The notes beneath the pieces were generated by a model. That model ran no database searches. It worked only from the letters and a program-made list of their open reading frames with translations, and had not been told where the DNA came from. 64,000 bases of DNA from Perkinsela sp. CCAP 1560/9. Its lineage: Eukaryota; Protista; Euglenozoa: Kinetoplastea. The stretch spans positions 868,001 through 932,000 of the forward strand of contig CBFFSA010000001.1 of assembly GCA_965644495.1 (NCBI GenBank), written 5' to 3'. This document shows positions 34,801 to 44,271 of this stretch, in pieces; position 1 is the stretch's first letter, and each line of letters opens with the position of its first letter. A program made the translations under genes and the position numbers.

Positions 34801-37800
34801 ACTATAACTCCAAGGAAAATTTGTGTAAGAAGGTAACTGCTCATCGAGAGGCGGGGTTTCACTTTTGCCTTTGTTGTCTACTTCGAGATCACGGTGCATG
34901 CGCCTGCCCAGAGTTGCGAGAGATTTCGCGTCGCGTAAAAAGTCTGTCCCGCGTACTGTCTATATCAGAACACCAGCTTTCACAGTTCGTTGGAATGCAA
35001 CGCACTCCGAAACTTCCGAATGCAATTCATCTACGTACACCACCACCGCCGAAGCGAGCTTCTATCACTAGTACGCCGAACCATGTTTCTGCATCCAACG
35101 AGAATGGTTCATCCAGTGGCTCGCAGCAGACGATTAACGTATCCACTTCAAAAACTAGTGTACGTAGTACTGCGGGTAGTCGGGATCCCACCGCAACAGA
35201 AATTTCTCGAGATCTGTTTTACCGATCGTACGTTGCAGATGAAGAGGATTTAAATAGCTTATGGTATCTCACATCGAATGGAGATGTTCGCGAATGTGTC
35301 CAAGATCTTCTTGTTACACACTGGGAAAAAACCACTATCCGCAATATTCCACATTTGTGGGCAATTCTTACTGCAGCTCACTGGGTGCGCTTCACAAAAG
35401 CACCCAAACTAGGATGGCAAAAAATTAAGCATACACACCGCTACCCTTGCTTGTATTACAACAATTCTGAGAATAATTGTAACCAGCAGGAGCGCCACCG
35501 AACAGCCGGATTTCATTATTGCTTATGTTGTGGAGAAGAGCATGGAGTGTATCATTGTAAAGTTATGCGTAGGCTACAGAAGAGGATGGATTACTTTGCT
35601 ATGCAATTCGGCATGTCGAAGGGTGAATTAGAAAAAATAATTGGAATCAATAACGAGTCCGTTCCCCAATTCATTCACATAAATAAGCGAACTCACATTA
35701 ATGGGGAAATCGACAACATTCCCGAACCAGAAAAAAGCAAAAAGACACCCACTTTTTCACCAAAGAATGAGACGCAAGTTTCCTCGTCAAGTGGAGTGAA
35801 AGAAAAGGGAACAATTGCTACTGATTTATCCGCGCGCAAGGAGAAAAAGACCGAAACATCTGAAACGAAATCGAATCGGACAGTGTCACAGACCGACAAG
35901 GGACGCAACGCAGATCGAAATGCGCGACAGGACACATCAGCCGAGCAGATAGAACTACTCTGTGGTACAAAAGAGAGTAAGACAAAGACTAAGAAAGCGC
36001 GTCCCAGTCTTGACATCGGCGATGATCTGACTGTCATGCTTGATATTCGCAAAAACAAAGGGAACAAAAAAGGTATACGTTCCTCCGCTCAAGGCCGTCG
36101 AGCTCTGGATCTAACGAGCGCCGAGACGGAGTGGCTTCTTAGGTCACCAGTCACCGATGAACTTGTTGCGTCTATGGAATTGTGGTCTTCTGGACGACAT
36201 GATTCGAAGGGATGCTCCTGTCATATTGACACTGAAGAGACCACTGTGGAAGATGCGGAAATATCGAGCAATCTTGATCTGTCACTTACCGATTCTGAAG
36301 AACAAATTGAGACCACAGGAAAGTCGAAAAGCAAACCTGCGACTGCATCGGAATGGAAGCGCAAGGGAAACGAGGCTTTTCAGTCAGGCGATTACAATCG
36401 CAGTATACAGTGTTATTCAAGCGGCATACAGGCGGAGCCACAGTTAGCATCGCTGTACTATAATCGCGCCATTGCGTATCTACGCTTGGAGAAACATAAG
36501 AAAGCCCACGAAGATGCTACTGCTTGCGTCGTTCTCGCCCCACAATGGGCTCGAGCTCATCTTTGTCTTGGTGAATGTCTACGACTTCTCGGAAAATGGC
36601 ATGCCGCAAGCGATGCTCACCGACGAGCGTTGGAGGTAGACCCGAGTAGTAAATTGGTCAAGAGTAGGTGCAATCAGCTGGTAAGTCAAGCGAGTCTAAC
36701 TGCGATTCGAACTTGCGTCACATTTCTCGACAGTTCCGCATTTGACCCCGAGGTAATGGCTCAGGCCACGTGTCGTATTCTCTATATTTTGGATCAAAGT
36801 CACCCCGAAAACGAAACGCAGTCCATCAGACCATTACCGTCTTCATATGACTTTATCTTTGAGAAGATTATGGACCTGCTACAAGATCGAAGTATTAAGC
36901 ATGTAAATTTACTTGGCGATTGTCTCTGCATTTTAGGCTATTTTGCTCCGAAGAACGCCAATTACGTTGTTGCAAAGGTTGCTGCGCACTTTCGCTGTAT
37001 GGCGGAAAACGACACTCGGCTCTGGCCTCTCATTTATAGAGGGTGTTGTGGAGATTTTGCCGAACTTTCACGGCAATGCTACCCGCGTGATCTCGCTGAA
37101 CTTTATCGTCGATTGTGTCTTGATGAGCTAGACGTGTTCATAACGACAGGTACCAAGCTAGTTTCGCGTCGACAGTACGATGCCATCTGGTGGCTCATGC
37201 TGCTACTTTACTACATGATCCGTACTCGACAATCTCGCACAGCCACTAGTGAAACACCTCGTGAGACGAACACGGTGGAGGACGTTAAATGGGAGCACTT
37301 CAAAGTTTTATTAGATGGCGTGCAATATATTTTCAATGCTCTCCCCCAGAAAAACCAACTGGAATGTATCGAGGCCGTAACGGGTATTTTGTGTCGTGCA
37401 CTACTGTGCGGGCATGTGCAACGTGTCCTGAAGTATGGTATCCTACAGCAAATTTTCTCTATCCTCCCGCGTCATACGCCTTTTCAGTTAGGAGTGGCTC
37501 CACTTACGGCTTCCGAAGGACGTGCCGCGAACATGCTGTTTTCGACTTTGCTCACGTTGACGAAGTATCACAACACACCCTTGATCAAGGTGGCTCATTC
37601 GGAAGATCTACTTCTGCTAAATCTGGCCTGTTGGTATGTCCCAACACGACGCCAGTGGCATTTGGCGGTGGATCCCCTTCGTTTCATGATGCAAACAGAC
37701 GAGAATCTGACACGCTCCTTCATGCAGGACTCCCACATGATCGCGATGGTTACGCACATCCTGTACACTGACACACACTGCTCCCATTTGCGCTGCATGA

Positions 37801-38387
37801 CACGACTGGTCTCACAATGTTGTGCGGCTAATGAAACCTATTTGCAAGCATTTGTGCGCTCAGGCGCACTTTTGGCGATTTGTATGCGGGCAAATATCTG
37901 TTGGGCAATGCTCGAACTTCTGCACCGTGCCGCGGCACCGTACTCTTTAGATACATTCTTTAAGGTTTCAGAAGAGAACGCAACAGTGGAAGTGGTAACG
38001 CGACCGATTGAACTTTATCCTGATATTCGAGGCTTGTTCTCAGTGTTTCGCAAAGCCTCCAAGGAGGATGAACCGGTACGCCGTAGTCTGGGACTCCAGC
38101 TCCGGACGTTCGGCTTACTACCGATGCTCTGTGATACGTTCGAGCGCGCCGCAAGTACGCTTCCAAGTACTTCGTGTCCATTCTGTGGCTCACCGAGAAG
38201 CGTAAGTAAGAAAGAAAACAAACAAAATCTGGCGAAAAATGTTGCTTTCGAGCATCACAAGAAAGGCCTTGAGATGGAAGCCAAGCAAGTGCGAGATGCT
38301 GTGAACAGTGCAATCGGACCTCTGATTTATGACGATACAGAAGACGAAGAGGCGGCGCATATTTCTGATCGTAGCTTCGCAGGATAG
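31854..38387 (+). CDS. 2177-aa protein: degenerate TUTase/PAP-like domain, three Cys/His + CCHC knuckle modules, TPRs, helical (ARM-like) C-terminus
   Basis: VYISGQSLALGYWDPTSPLELT (GS..G...SDxD-like), LVQFYEFYSSKFLFEEHALSL and IWLYDCFE (PAP-associated-like); WKRKGNEAFQSGDY..LYYNRAIAYLRL..RALEVDP is a three-TPR block. Confidence 0.85.
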   Translation: MQPYVLDGSQRERLHKTILTVAKLSSVAAIWKMACEVKDDIQAHVKNAGLSVRRNVYISGQSLALGYWDPTSPLELTALSPEDQTLASQMGSKSRLRMSAEIDAVQFSRYFSTLSLSEKGTILLCRGTESQRNDCIQYRAKGMHPSRVDQTSRYTNINFNLKFGGTDVFEAVLHRLYFTQHPMIYLGARVLLKLAHSMEFFTCRKSSLRSEVIMKMWTYFVCQTRKNLVQFVPPQVALDEFHKLSLQLELLRLSYQLQSEVSSTLEILVQFYEFYSSKFLFEEHALSLSKPGTTYKPKSVEEITPTDKEYWATPGVIWLYDCFERNFYRLKSPAFTISQLRRLFRDTVSHLMPPPWASYPQGSNPAMPPQYNEDIFSPPLPGMNELPMHDGGQFMGHPANPLEMIPRNISAPHGSSDFSMRSNMYNPLATPYHPNLPSSSTGGHTQKFHKGHAVLPFESHQGLKASARLKNAAISDPIASKLMNPQDLEQHDEASLQKDVTNVLQPLLESMRSKNTEDEPESPNSLLRRPMFGFNIDAGPEDALNLENPSGVDTVFEKLRIAEPTTTPIQGSLLDSMQFLNEFQTFEADSPIPSNERASFTPDREIISIHDVRSPPERLTPQVEAQQSGLRKSVPWTRPGDHATSPSKAFSRSETGLQLTKKDFYQTYVDCSDETMRDLWYMGSQELIRTRAIDLSDNHWAQISVSASFFWALLAASHGCRSGRNAAHTSTRSLVWHVAKRTQHTPCLFYNHAVGGCKQNAKHGTAGFHFCLCCGAEEHGASNCLALQRLQSRIRELAVTLEVDLEVLQKFMGFTRLTPPQIIVLPVKHPQTSIKSPMRTIIGNSDGLEASLSPDPIDELTIPGKVELPTTKKTDDDPNLRLLDDVSSVTGIKDLKMDEGRISRNEFFKEWIVSDIYLSDVWHLCSEGAVRTSAEDMWSNHWSRTALTLPYFWALLASARGSGIRGLVWQKSSDKNSTSPCLYYNSKENLCKKVTAHREAGFHFCLCCLLRDHGACACPELREISRRVKSLSRVLSISEHQLSQFVGMQRTPKLPNAIHLRTPPPPKRASITSTPNHVSASNENGSSSGSQQTINVSTSKTSVRSTAGSRDPTATEISRDLFYRSYVADEEDLNSLWYLTSNGDVRECVQDLLVTHWEKTTIRNIPHLWAILTAAHWVRFTKAPKLGWQKIKHTHRYPCLYYNNSENNCNQQERHRTAGFHYCLCCGEEHGVYHCKVMRRLQKRMDYFAMQFGMSKGELEKIIGINNESVPQFIHINKRTHINGEIDNIPEPEKSKKTPTFSPKNETQVSSSSGVKEKGTIATDLSARKEKKTETSETKSNRTVSQTDKGRNADRNARQDTSAEQIELLCGTKESKTKTKKARPSLDIGDDLTVMLDIRKNKGNKKGIRSSAQGRRALDLTSAETEWLLRSPVTDELVASMELWSSGRHDSKGCSCHIDTEETTVEDAEISSNLDLSLTDSEEQIETTGKSKSKPATASEWKRKGNEAFQSGDYNRSIQCYSSGIQAEPQLASLYYNRAIAYLRLEKHKKAHEDATACVVLAPQWARAHLCLGECLRLLGKWHAASDAHRRALEVDPSSKLVKSRCNQLVSQASLTAIRTCVTFLDSSAFDPEVMAQATCRILYILDQSHPENETQSIRPLPSSYDFIFEKIMDLLQDRSIKHVNLLGDCLCILGYFAPKNANYVVAKVAAHFRCMAENDTRLWPLIYRGCCGDFAELSRQCYPRDLAELYRRLCLDELDVFITTGTKLVSRRQYDAIWWLMLLLYYMIRTRQSRTATSETPRETNTVEDVKWEHFKVLLDGVQYIFNALPQKNQLECIEAVTGILCRALLCGHVQRVLKYGILQQIFSILPRHTPFQLGVAPLTASEGRAANMLFSTLLTLTKYHNTPLIKVAHSEDLLLLNLACWYVPTRRQWHLAVDPLRFMMQTDENLTRSFMQDSHMIAMVTHILYTDTHCSHLRCMTRLVSQCCAANETYLQAFVRSGALLAICMRANICWAMLELLHRAAAPYSLDTFFKVSEENATVEVVTRPIELYPDIRGLFSVFRKASKEDEPVRRSLGLQLRTFGLLPMLCDTFERAASTLPSTSCPFCGSPRSVSKKENKQNLAKNVAFEHHKKGLEMEAKQVRDAVNSAIGPLIYDDTEDEEAAHISDRSFAG

Positions 38388-38709
38388 AAACAGATATTTG
38401 TAATTCAGAATCTCCTTTTAAAAGAGTCTTTTAGTTTTTACATCATTGCGTATTGATTAATTGGGCAAGCGTATGCTCGGGAGTAATTGTATTTTTAATA
38501 TAAAAGATCATAATCTCAGCTTACGATACAGTAAACGATTCACTTTGAAAATCGTCTAGTACTAGACCGTATTGAACTAGCATATTACGTATACTTTTAA
38601 AAATTTACTCTTCTGAAGGTTAACACTGATATCTGAGGGACTAATCTGAGTATTTTAGAAGCAAAGTATTTTTAGGCATTAGAGATTTATTTGGCGTAAA
38701 AAATATTTT

Positions 38710-39681
38710 TTGACTTGCCTTAATCTCTACGCGATGTTAACGTCCCTGCTTATAATGACGCTCCTGGGGTATTGCTTTACCCAGAATGAGATGGGGAACG
38801 GTGAAGAGCGAGAGGTATCACCCAAAAATGCTGAGGCTGATTCTGATATGCGAGATTCGTACGAAAAAATGGAAGAAAAGGAAGATTTGGAAGGGCATAA
38901 AATCTCTGATTTTCAACATTTTCGAAACACGTGTGTGCAAACTTTGTCTCGCATATTGACATTTTTTGCGCGAGTCTTTCGTTGCGACCGCTCGTTTATG
39001 TTTCTCGGTTCCAAGCCCAATGAGTCCCCTGAAATGCCATCAGAGGTCTCATTACAGTCTCATGCTATTCTTGACGCACGCCGATGTACTGTCCACTCTT
39101 ACGTCAGGGTCACAAAAGAATCTCTTTCGGAGTACGTTCGACCGGAGTATGTATACGAAGACTTGCGACGCCCTGGACTCGTTGAAGAAGTTATTGAGAC
39201 AGGCGCTAGCCCCGCAGCTCGCCTGCATGAGACCCTTCACGCGCGGGAACTGGCCACATTGGATGCTTTTCCTACACTACGGAGAACTCTTTTGGATGGT
39301 AAATATCCCAGACACGTTGGGGAAACTGTTCGTATCGAACCTTGCTCTTATGACCAGCGCTGCTACGACTTACACGACGCTAGTTCCGAAGTTAATTGGG
39401 ATGAGGCGTACGGCACTACGAAGGTATGCGCCGTACAAGGCACAGACGACATGAAAGCTCTCGCAGTTGATCTCGAGAATTGGTTCCACTCGAACTCTAC
39501 AACAGAGACGGCTCACCCCTCCATGATGGTAGTGCGTGAGGTGGACAATGGGCGCTACGCGTGGAATCGCGTCTCCTCAGGACACACCGAGGCGAAGAAG
39601 AATGCCCCATTGAACGCCCAAAATAATTTTCTCGTATGCCCCTGCGTCGAGAGAGGCATTCGAAAGCATGTGCGTACATGA
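38710..39681 (+). CDS. Hypothetical protein (start uncertain)
   Basis: ~320-codon + ORF in cluster orientation; no motif recognised. Confidence 0.6.
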   Translation: MTCLNLYAMLTSLLIMTLLGYCFTQNEMGNGEEREVSPKNAEADSDMRDSYEKMEEKEDLEGHKISDFQHFRNTCVQTLSRILTFFARVFRCDRSFMFLGSKPNESPEMPSEVSLQSHAILDARRCTVHSYVRVTKESLSEYVRPEYVYEDLRRPGLVEEVIETGASPAARLHETLHARELATLDAFPTLRRTLLDGKYPRHVGETVRIEPCSYDQRCYDLHDASSEVNWDEAYGTTKVCAVQGTDDMKALAVDLENWFHSNSTTETAHPSMMVVREVDNGRYAWNRVSSGHTEAKKNAPLNAQNNFLVCPCVERGIRKHVRT

Positions 39682-39867
39682 GGGAAATCAGGTGATAAAT
39701 AATATATGGGGCGGTCTATTCTACGATTCTATTTTTTTCTATCGTTACATGATCCTGCTTTTATACCGTCAGGCTGTATTGGGCATGAAGTTCTCTCTCA
39801 AGATATAAGAGATAAAAACTATTTTTCGCACTCATTATACTCTCAAAAATAATCGTTTCGCAGTCTC

Positions 39868-39930
39868 ACTTCTTTACCCCTATATCTTTACCTCTATCTC
39901 TCTTTCTTTCCATCGGATTTTCTTACTACA
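39868..39930 (+). promoter_or_regulatory. Polypyrimidine tract upstream of CNOT9 (example of a putative trans-splicing signal)
   Basis: cttctttacccctatatctttacctctatctctctttctttc; similar tracts precede ATGs at 12328, 25013, 45787 and 47143. Confidence 0.5.
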
Positions 39931-39952
39931 TCACCCACCGACTCGCATCTCC

Positions 39953-41056
39953 ATGAGCCAGTTCGGCACCTCTCCTTTCCACGCCCCTCCTCCCCACCCC
40001 CGCGGGGTCCCACCCGGTCCTCCCTACCCTCCCCCCACCAGCACCCACCCCCTTCCCCACCCCCCTCTCCCCCCTACCCCCGTCCCCCGGGTCAGTCCCC
40101 TCTCCGGACTCAACCCCTCCCCCACCCCCGTGACCCCCTCCCACGGTCCTCTCCCCCCACCCCCACCCCCTCCCCTTCCCCCTCCCTCCTCCTGCGAAGA
40201 CCCCAAAATCTGGTCCCTCGTCAGCCAACTCCTCGAGCCACAGACCCGCGAATCCGCCCTCTACGAACTCTCCAAAGTCCGCGAGCGCCACCCCGACCTC
40301 GCCCTCACCCTCTGGCACGCCACCGCGGTCATCGCGCTCCTCCTCCAGGAGCTCACCGCGGTCTACCCCCGCCTCCTCACCACCCCCCCCGACCTCCCCC
40401 CCGCCGCCTCCAACCGCGTCTGCAACGCGCTCGCCCTGCTCCAGTGCGTCGCCTCCCACCCCGACACCCGCCCCCCCCTCCTCCGCACCCACCTCCCCCT
40501 GCTGCTCTACCCCCTCCTCTCCACCACCCACCCCGCCCGCGCCCTCGACTACCTCCGCCTCACCAGCCTCGGCGTCCTCGGCGCCCTCGTGAAGTCCGAC
40601 GAGCCCGAGGTCATCCGCTTCCTCCTCGCCACCGACCTCATCCCGCTCTGCCTCAAGACCATGGACCGCGGCGTCGAGCTCACCCGCACCGTCGCCACCT
40701 TCGTCCTCCAGAAGATGATCCAGCCCGACCACGGGCTCCGGTACGTCTGCGCCACCCCCGAGCGGTTCACCGCCGTCAGCAACACCCTCCGCACCATGGT
40801 CGCGGACGCCCCCACCGCCCGCCTGCTGCGCCACATCATACGGTGCTACCTGCGGCTCTCGGACCACCCCCAGGCCCGGGAGGTGCTGCAGCAGCAGCTC
40901 CCCGCCCCGCTGCGGGACACCACGTTTAGTAAGTTTCTAAACGAGGACGTGAACATGCGGAAGTGGCTGTATCAGCTTTTGCTGAATATCGGGGACCCCT
41001 TTGTGACGCAGCTGCACCAGCAGCAGGCGGGGCCGCTGATGCCGCTGTCCACGTAG
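39953..41056 (+). CDS. CNOT9: CCR4-NOT subunit CNOT9/Rcd1/CAF40 with Pro-rich N-terminus
   Basis: RESALYELSK.RE..PDLA..LW, SNRVCNALALLQCVASHPDTR, YLRLTSLGVLGALVK, RLLRHIIRCYLRLSD. Confidence 0.97.
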   Translation: MSQFGTSPFHAPPPHPRGVPPGPPYPPPTSTHPLPHPPLPPTPVPRVSPLSGLNPSPTPVTPSHGPLPPPPPPPLPPPSSCEDPKIWSLVSQLLEPQTRESALYELSKVRERHPDLALTLWHATAVIALLLQELTAVYPRLLTTPPDLPPAASNRVCNALALLQCVASHPDTRPPLLRTHLPLLLYPLLSTTHPARALDYLRLTSLGVLGALVKSDEPEVIRFLLATDLIPLCLKTMDRGVELTRTVATFVLQKMIQPDHGLRYVCATPERFTAVSNTLRTMVADAPTARLLRHIIRCYLRLSDHPQAREVLQQQLPAPLRDTTFSKFLNEDVNMRKWLYQLLLNIGDPFVTQLHQQQAGPLMPLST

Positions 41057-41418
41057 GTAAGTAGGGAGGGAGGATGGGGGTGCTGGGGTAGGTTTGTTTA
41101 TAGAGGGTCAATACGTTTTAAAGGAAGAGAAAGCCGAGTTTTTTATTTTGATATACTGGTGTTGATCCTATTGGAATTGATTCATATGATGAAACCATAG
41201 AAGATATATGATTTTGATGGGTTCCATTTGTTTAATCAGTCTTTAGTGATCTATATCGGAGGGTGTGCATGATGCACATGGTTTGTTAAAATCGTAGAAA
41301 ACGGACACGTGATAGTATTACCTCGGAGATTAATGCGTCAAAACAAGATTGGCTTTAGTACGAATTGTCTTTAAGTGGAACATGCGTGCACAATAACGAT
41401 TCTGAAGGTGTTCCTCTC

Positions 41419-42681
41419 ATGAACTTCGTTTATTGCCTTGCTGTAGCTCTTCTGGTCTTCTCCCCCGTTCCTTTGAAATGTTCTACAACTCGTGGAGTTT
41501 CACCCGAGCGCAGACATTTATATTCGGGACCAAGCTTCCTGTGCGGGGACGGTACATCCATTGCAATACAAAACGTCAACGATTATTACTGTGACTGTGA
41601 GGATGGAACGGACGAACCTGGGACCTCGGCATGCAGTCACGTAAATGCAGCAGAAAAGGAATTCTATTGTCCCAATGAGGGTCACATCGCGAAATGGATC
41701 TTTCGCAGTCATGTGGATGACGGTGTGTGTGATTGCTGCGACGGCTCCGATGAGCAAGAAGGGTTCTGTCCTCGAAATTGTGCAGCTTTAGCTGCAGCTC
41801 AGGCAGCGCAAGAGCAACAGGAGACTGACGTCCGTCGTCAAGGACTACAACAGAAACGAGACTTAATAGAGCGTGCCTTGCAAATTCGGAAGGAACGCAA
41901 GATAGAGCTTGAGGCAGCGAAAGAACGGTACACCGTTAAACAGCGTGAGCTTGAAGAATTCGAAATGAAAAAGAAAGAACAGGAAATGCTGGAGGACAAA
42001 GAAAGGGAAGCCTTGGAAGAAAGCAAAAAAAGAAACGCAAGCGTCTCTGGGGATTGGGAGCATGATGCGGCATCTTTCCATGAAGAATACATTCATGACT
42101 TGCAAGACCAGATTTCTCCTGATAGGCATAGAAGATATAGAGATAAAGATGATATCAACATTTATGATGAAATAGATGACTATGGGTACGATTCTAAACC
42201 GAAATACGAGCGTCCAGAGGCCAAGGTAGCTAGAGAAATCTATCAGTCGCAACTACGCGAAAAGTGGGCAACTCAACGTGAGGTTGAGACGCTGCAACGG
42301 GAACTTGGCACTCCTTTCGGTGAGCAGGATGCGTTTCTCCCACTTCACGGAAAATGCTACTTCAAGATTCACAAGGGATTGAACCACACACTCTGTATGT
42401 TTCACGATGTCACACAGGAAAATCCCGACAGGCCAGATCGCGGAATATCTCTTGGTCGGTGGACTGACTTTGGTGAAGCCGGTACAGCTGAAGAAGATGA
42501 GGAGTATCAGCGAGACTTTTCAACAATGTGGTATGAACACGGTGATAGCTGCTGGTCCGGACCTATGCGACATACTGTCGTGCGTGCAGTGTGTGGAAAT
42601 ACAACCGAAATATCGGATATATCAGAGCCTTCAGTTTGCAACTATGTGATTACCTTACGAACGCCCGCAATATGCACGTGA
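41419..42681 (+). CDS. PRKCSH: Glucosidase II beta subunit (PRKCSH-like)
   Basis: Signal peptide, VNDYYCDCEDGTDEPGTSAC, VDDGVCDCCDGSDE, coiled coil, MRH domain (YEHGDSCWSGPMR..EPSVCNY..TPAIC). Confidence 0.93.
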   Translation: MNFVYCLAVALLVFSPVPLKCSTTRGVSPERRHLYSGPSFLCGDGTSIAIQNVNDYYCDCEDGTDEPGTSACSHVNAAEKEFYCPNEGHIAKWIFRSHVDDGVCDCCDGSDEQEGFCPRNCAALAAAQAAQEQQETDVRRQGLQQKRDLIERALQIRKERKIELEAAKERYTVKQRELEEFEMKKKEQEMLEDKEREALEESKKRNASVSGDWEHDAASFHEEYIHDLQDQISPDRHRRYRDKDDINIYDEIDDYGYDSKPKYERPEAKVAREIYQSQLREKWATQREVETLQRELGTPFGEQDAFLPLHGKCYFKIHKGLNHTLCMFHDVTQENPDRPDRGISLGRWTDFGEAGTAEEDEEYQRDFSTMWYEHGDSCWSGPMRHTVVRAVCGNTTEISDISEPSVCNYVITLRTPAICT

Positions 42682-42794
42682 ATAACTCTGCCCTCTCACT
42701 TATTGTGCCTCTCTCTTTCGTTTGTATAATTTCGACTGTATGTCTAATTTATTGACTTGTGTGCAACATGAGTTTTAGATGAAAATATAGGGTA

Positions 42795-43811
42795 CTGTCC
42801 CCCCCTACTTATGCGCAACCGTTTGACCCGGCCACTTAAGCGCAATTTTGACGCATCGTTCAGAAGAACAGCGCCGCAAAGCGGCGCAATTTTTTTTTTG
42901 TGGTACGAATTTTTGTACAGATTTTCGCCGCTCTTGAAATGGAGAGTCCCTTTGGGCGTTCAAAAATGATCTCCAGCGATCTCCTCTGATCCACACTGAT
43001 CTTCACCGGTCTGTACGGCGAGTCTTTGCATACTATACTGTACTGTACATCAGAGGAACTCTCCTGCCACGTACTGTACGCTTTTGAAATGATCAGCGCA
43101 CCAGCGTGCGGCACCGCCTAGATGTGGGGCGGGTAAAGATAACGTGGGTAATTGCACTACAAGTGCATGATAAACTAAACTTTAATTTATAAATTTATTT
43201 CGGACCCACGCTCTTAAAAGTCCGTTCTTTTCCTACAATTGATCGGGTGCTCGCAAAAAAGGCACTTACCTCGTGATGTGGTCATTTGCAGGCATAAGTA
43301 ACCATACAAGCGAAGTACTGTACCTCCTCCCTAGTTATCTCTCACACGTCACCCCCTGTCCGACTGATCTTCCAATGAATCGGTAAACACTTCGAACCTC
43401 GAAAAAATATCCACAGCGTTCGCAACCGGTCGCGATCTGTCGTTACCGATCGCGATTGGTTGCCACCGTTCGACAACGAGCTACAGGTACCGTCTGCACC
43501 CCTCCACTGATGGTACTAACGCCGACGAACTACCATTTTCATTAATTATTTTTTATAGATATAAAAATGGGCGAAGTATAAAGGGGGGGTCACAGTAATA
43601 ATAACTCATTTTTTTTATAAAATATAATTTATAGAAATTAGAGGGGGAGTATATAAAAAGCAGCCCCCCGGGGCACCCCGCGTACATAACTCATGATTAA
43701 AACACGCGCCGCGAAGCGGCGCGCAAATTTTTTTTCACCCCTTTTTTTGACCCGCCTACTTATGCGCAATTTTAGGCCAAAACCTGGTTGCGCTTAAGTG
43801 GGGGGGGACAG
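42795..43811. mobile_element. Non-autonomous TIR DNA transposon (~1.02 kb) with TA target-site duplication
   Basis: TA|CTGTCCCCCCCTACTTATGCGCAACC ... GGTTGCGCTTAAGTGGGGGGGGACAG|TA, with subterminal ACTTAWGCGCAA repeats. Confidence 0.9.
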
Positions 43812-44271
43812 TAAGTACTTCATCGTGAATCAGAATTTTACTGAAAAATATTCCCTTCGTGCCCTTGCAGGCGCTTACCCGAACGTTTGAAAAGTGGTAC
43901 GATGCTCGACATGTGAATACGATCGGGAAGGGGATATTTGCAGTGCTTGTCACCCACCTGCATGTCATCAATTCCATTGAATGCTCTGGTCAAATTGGCC
44001 CTCGTAATGGTTCACAGATTACATACTGGATATGGTACAGTAAAATCTTGTACACTGCTTATCTCAGCGAAAGTTTTCTGAAGGTAAAGTAAGGATTTAC
44101 AGATGCCTCTTATCTTTTTTGCAGGCGCGTACCCTCTACTAGAGGGAACACCTACACTAATGATTAAATTTTGATAATAATAATAATTATGACTAATGAT
44201 ATGTCTTTACATCTGTTTTATATGAGTTGCATATTTTAAGTAGGGAACTTCGTATTTGCATAATTTTCTTC

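Noticed and set aside
39926-40867. 313-aa minus-strand ORF, and similar ones at 5836-6312, 9487-10068, 25118-25723 and 63278-63662
   Set aside because: Antisense shadows of real + genes; extreme C/G skew removes stop codons and gives Gly/Val-rich sequence with no motifs.
43317-43597. Possible nested MITE inside the 42795-43811 element (tactgtacctcc ... gggggggtcacagta)
   Set aside because: The ends match only over the outer few bases, too weak to call.
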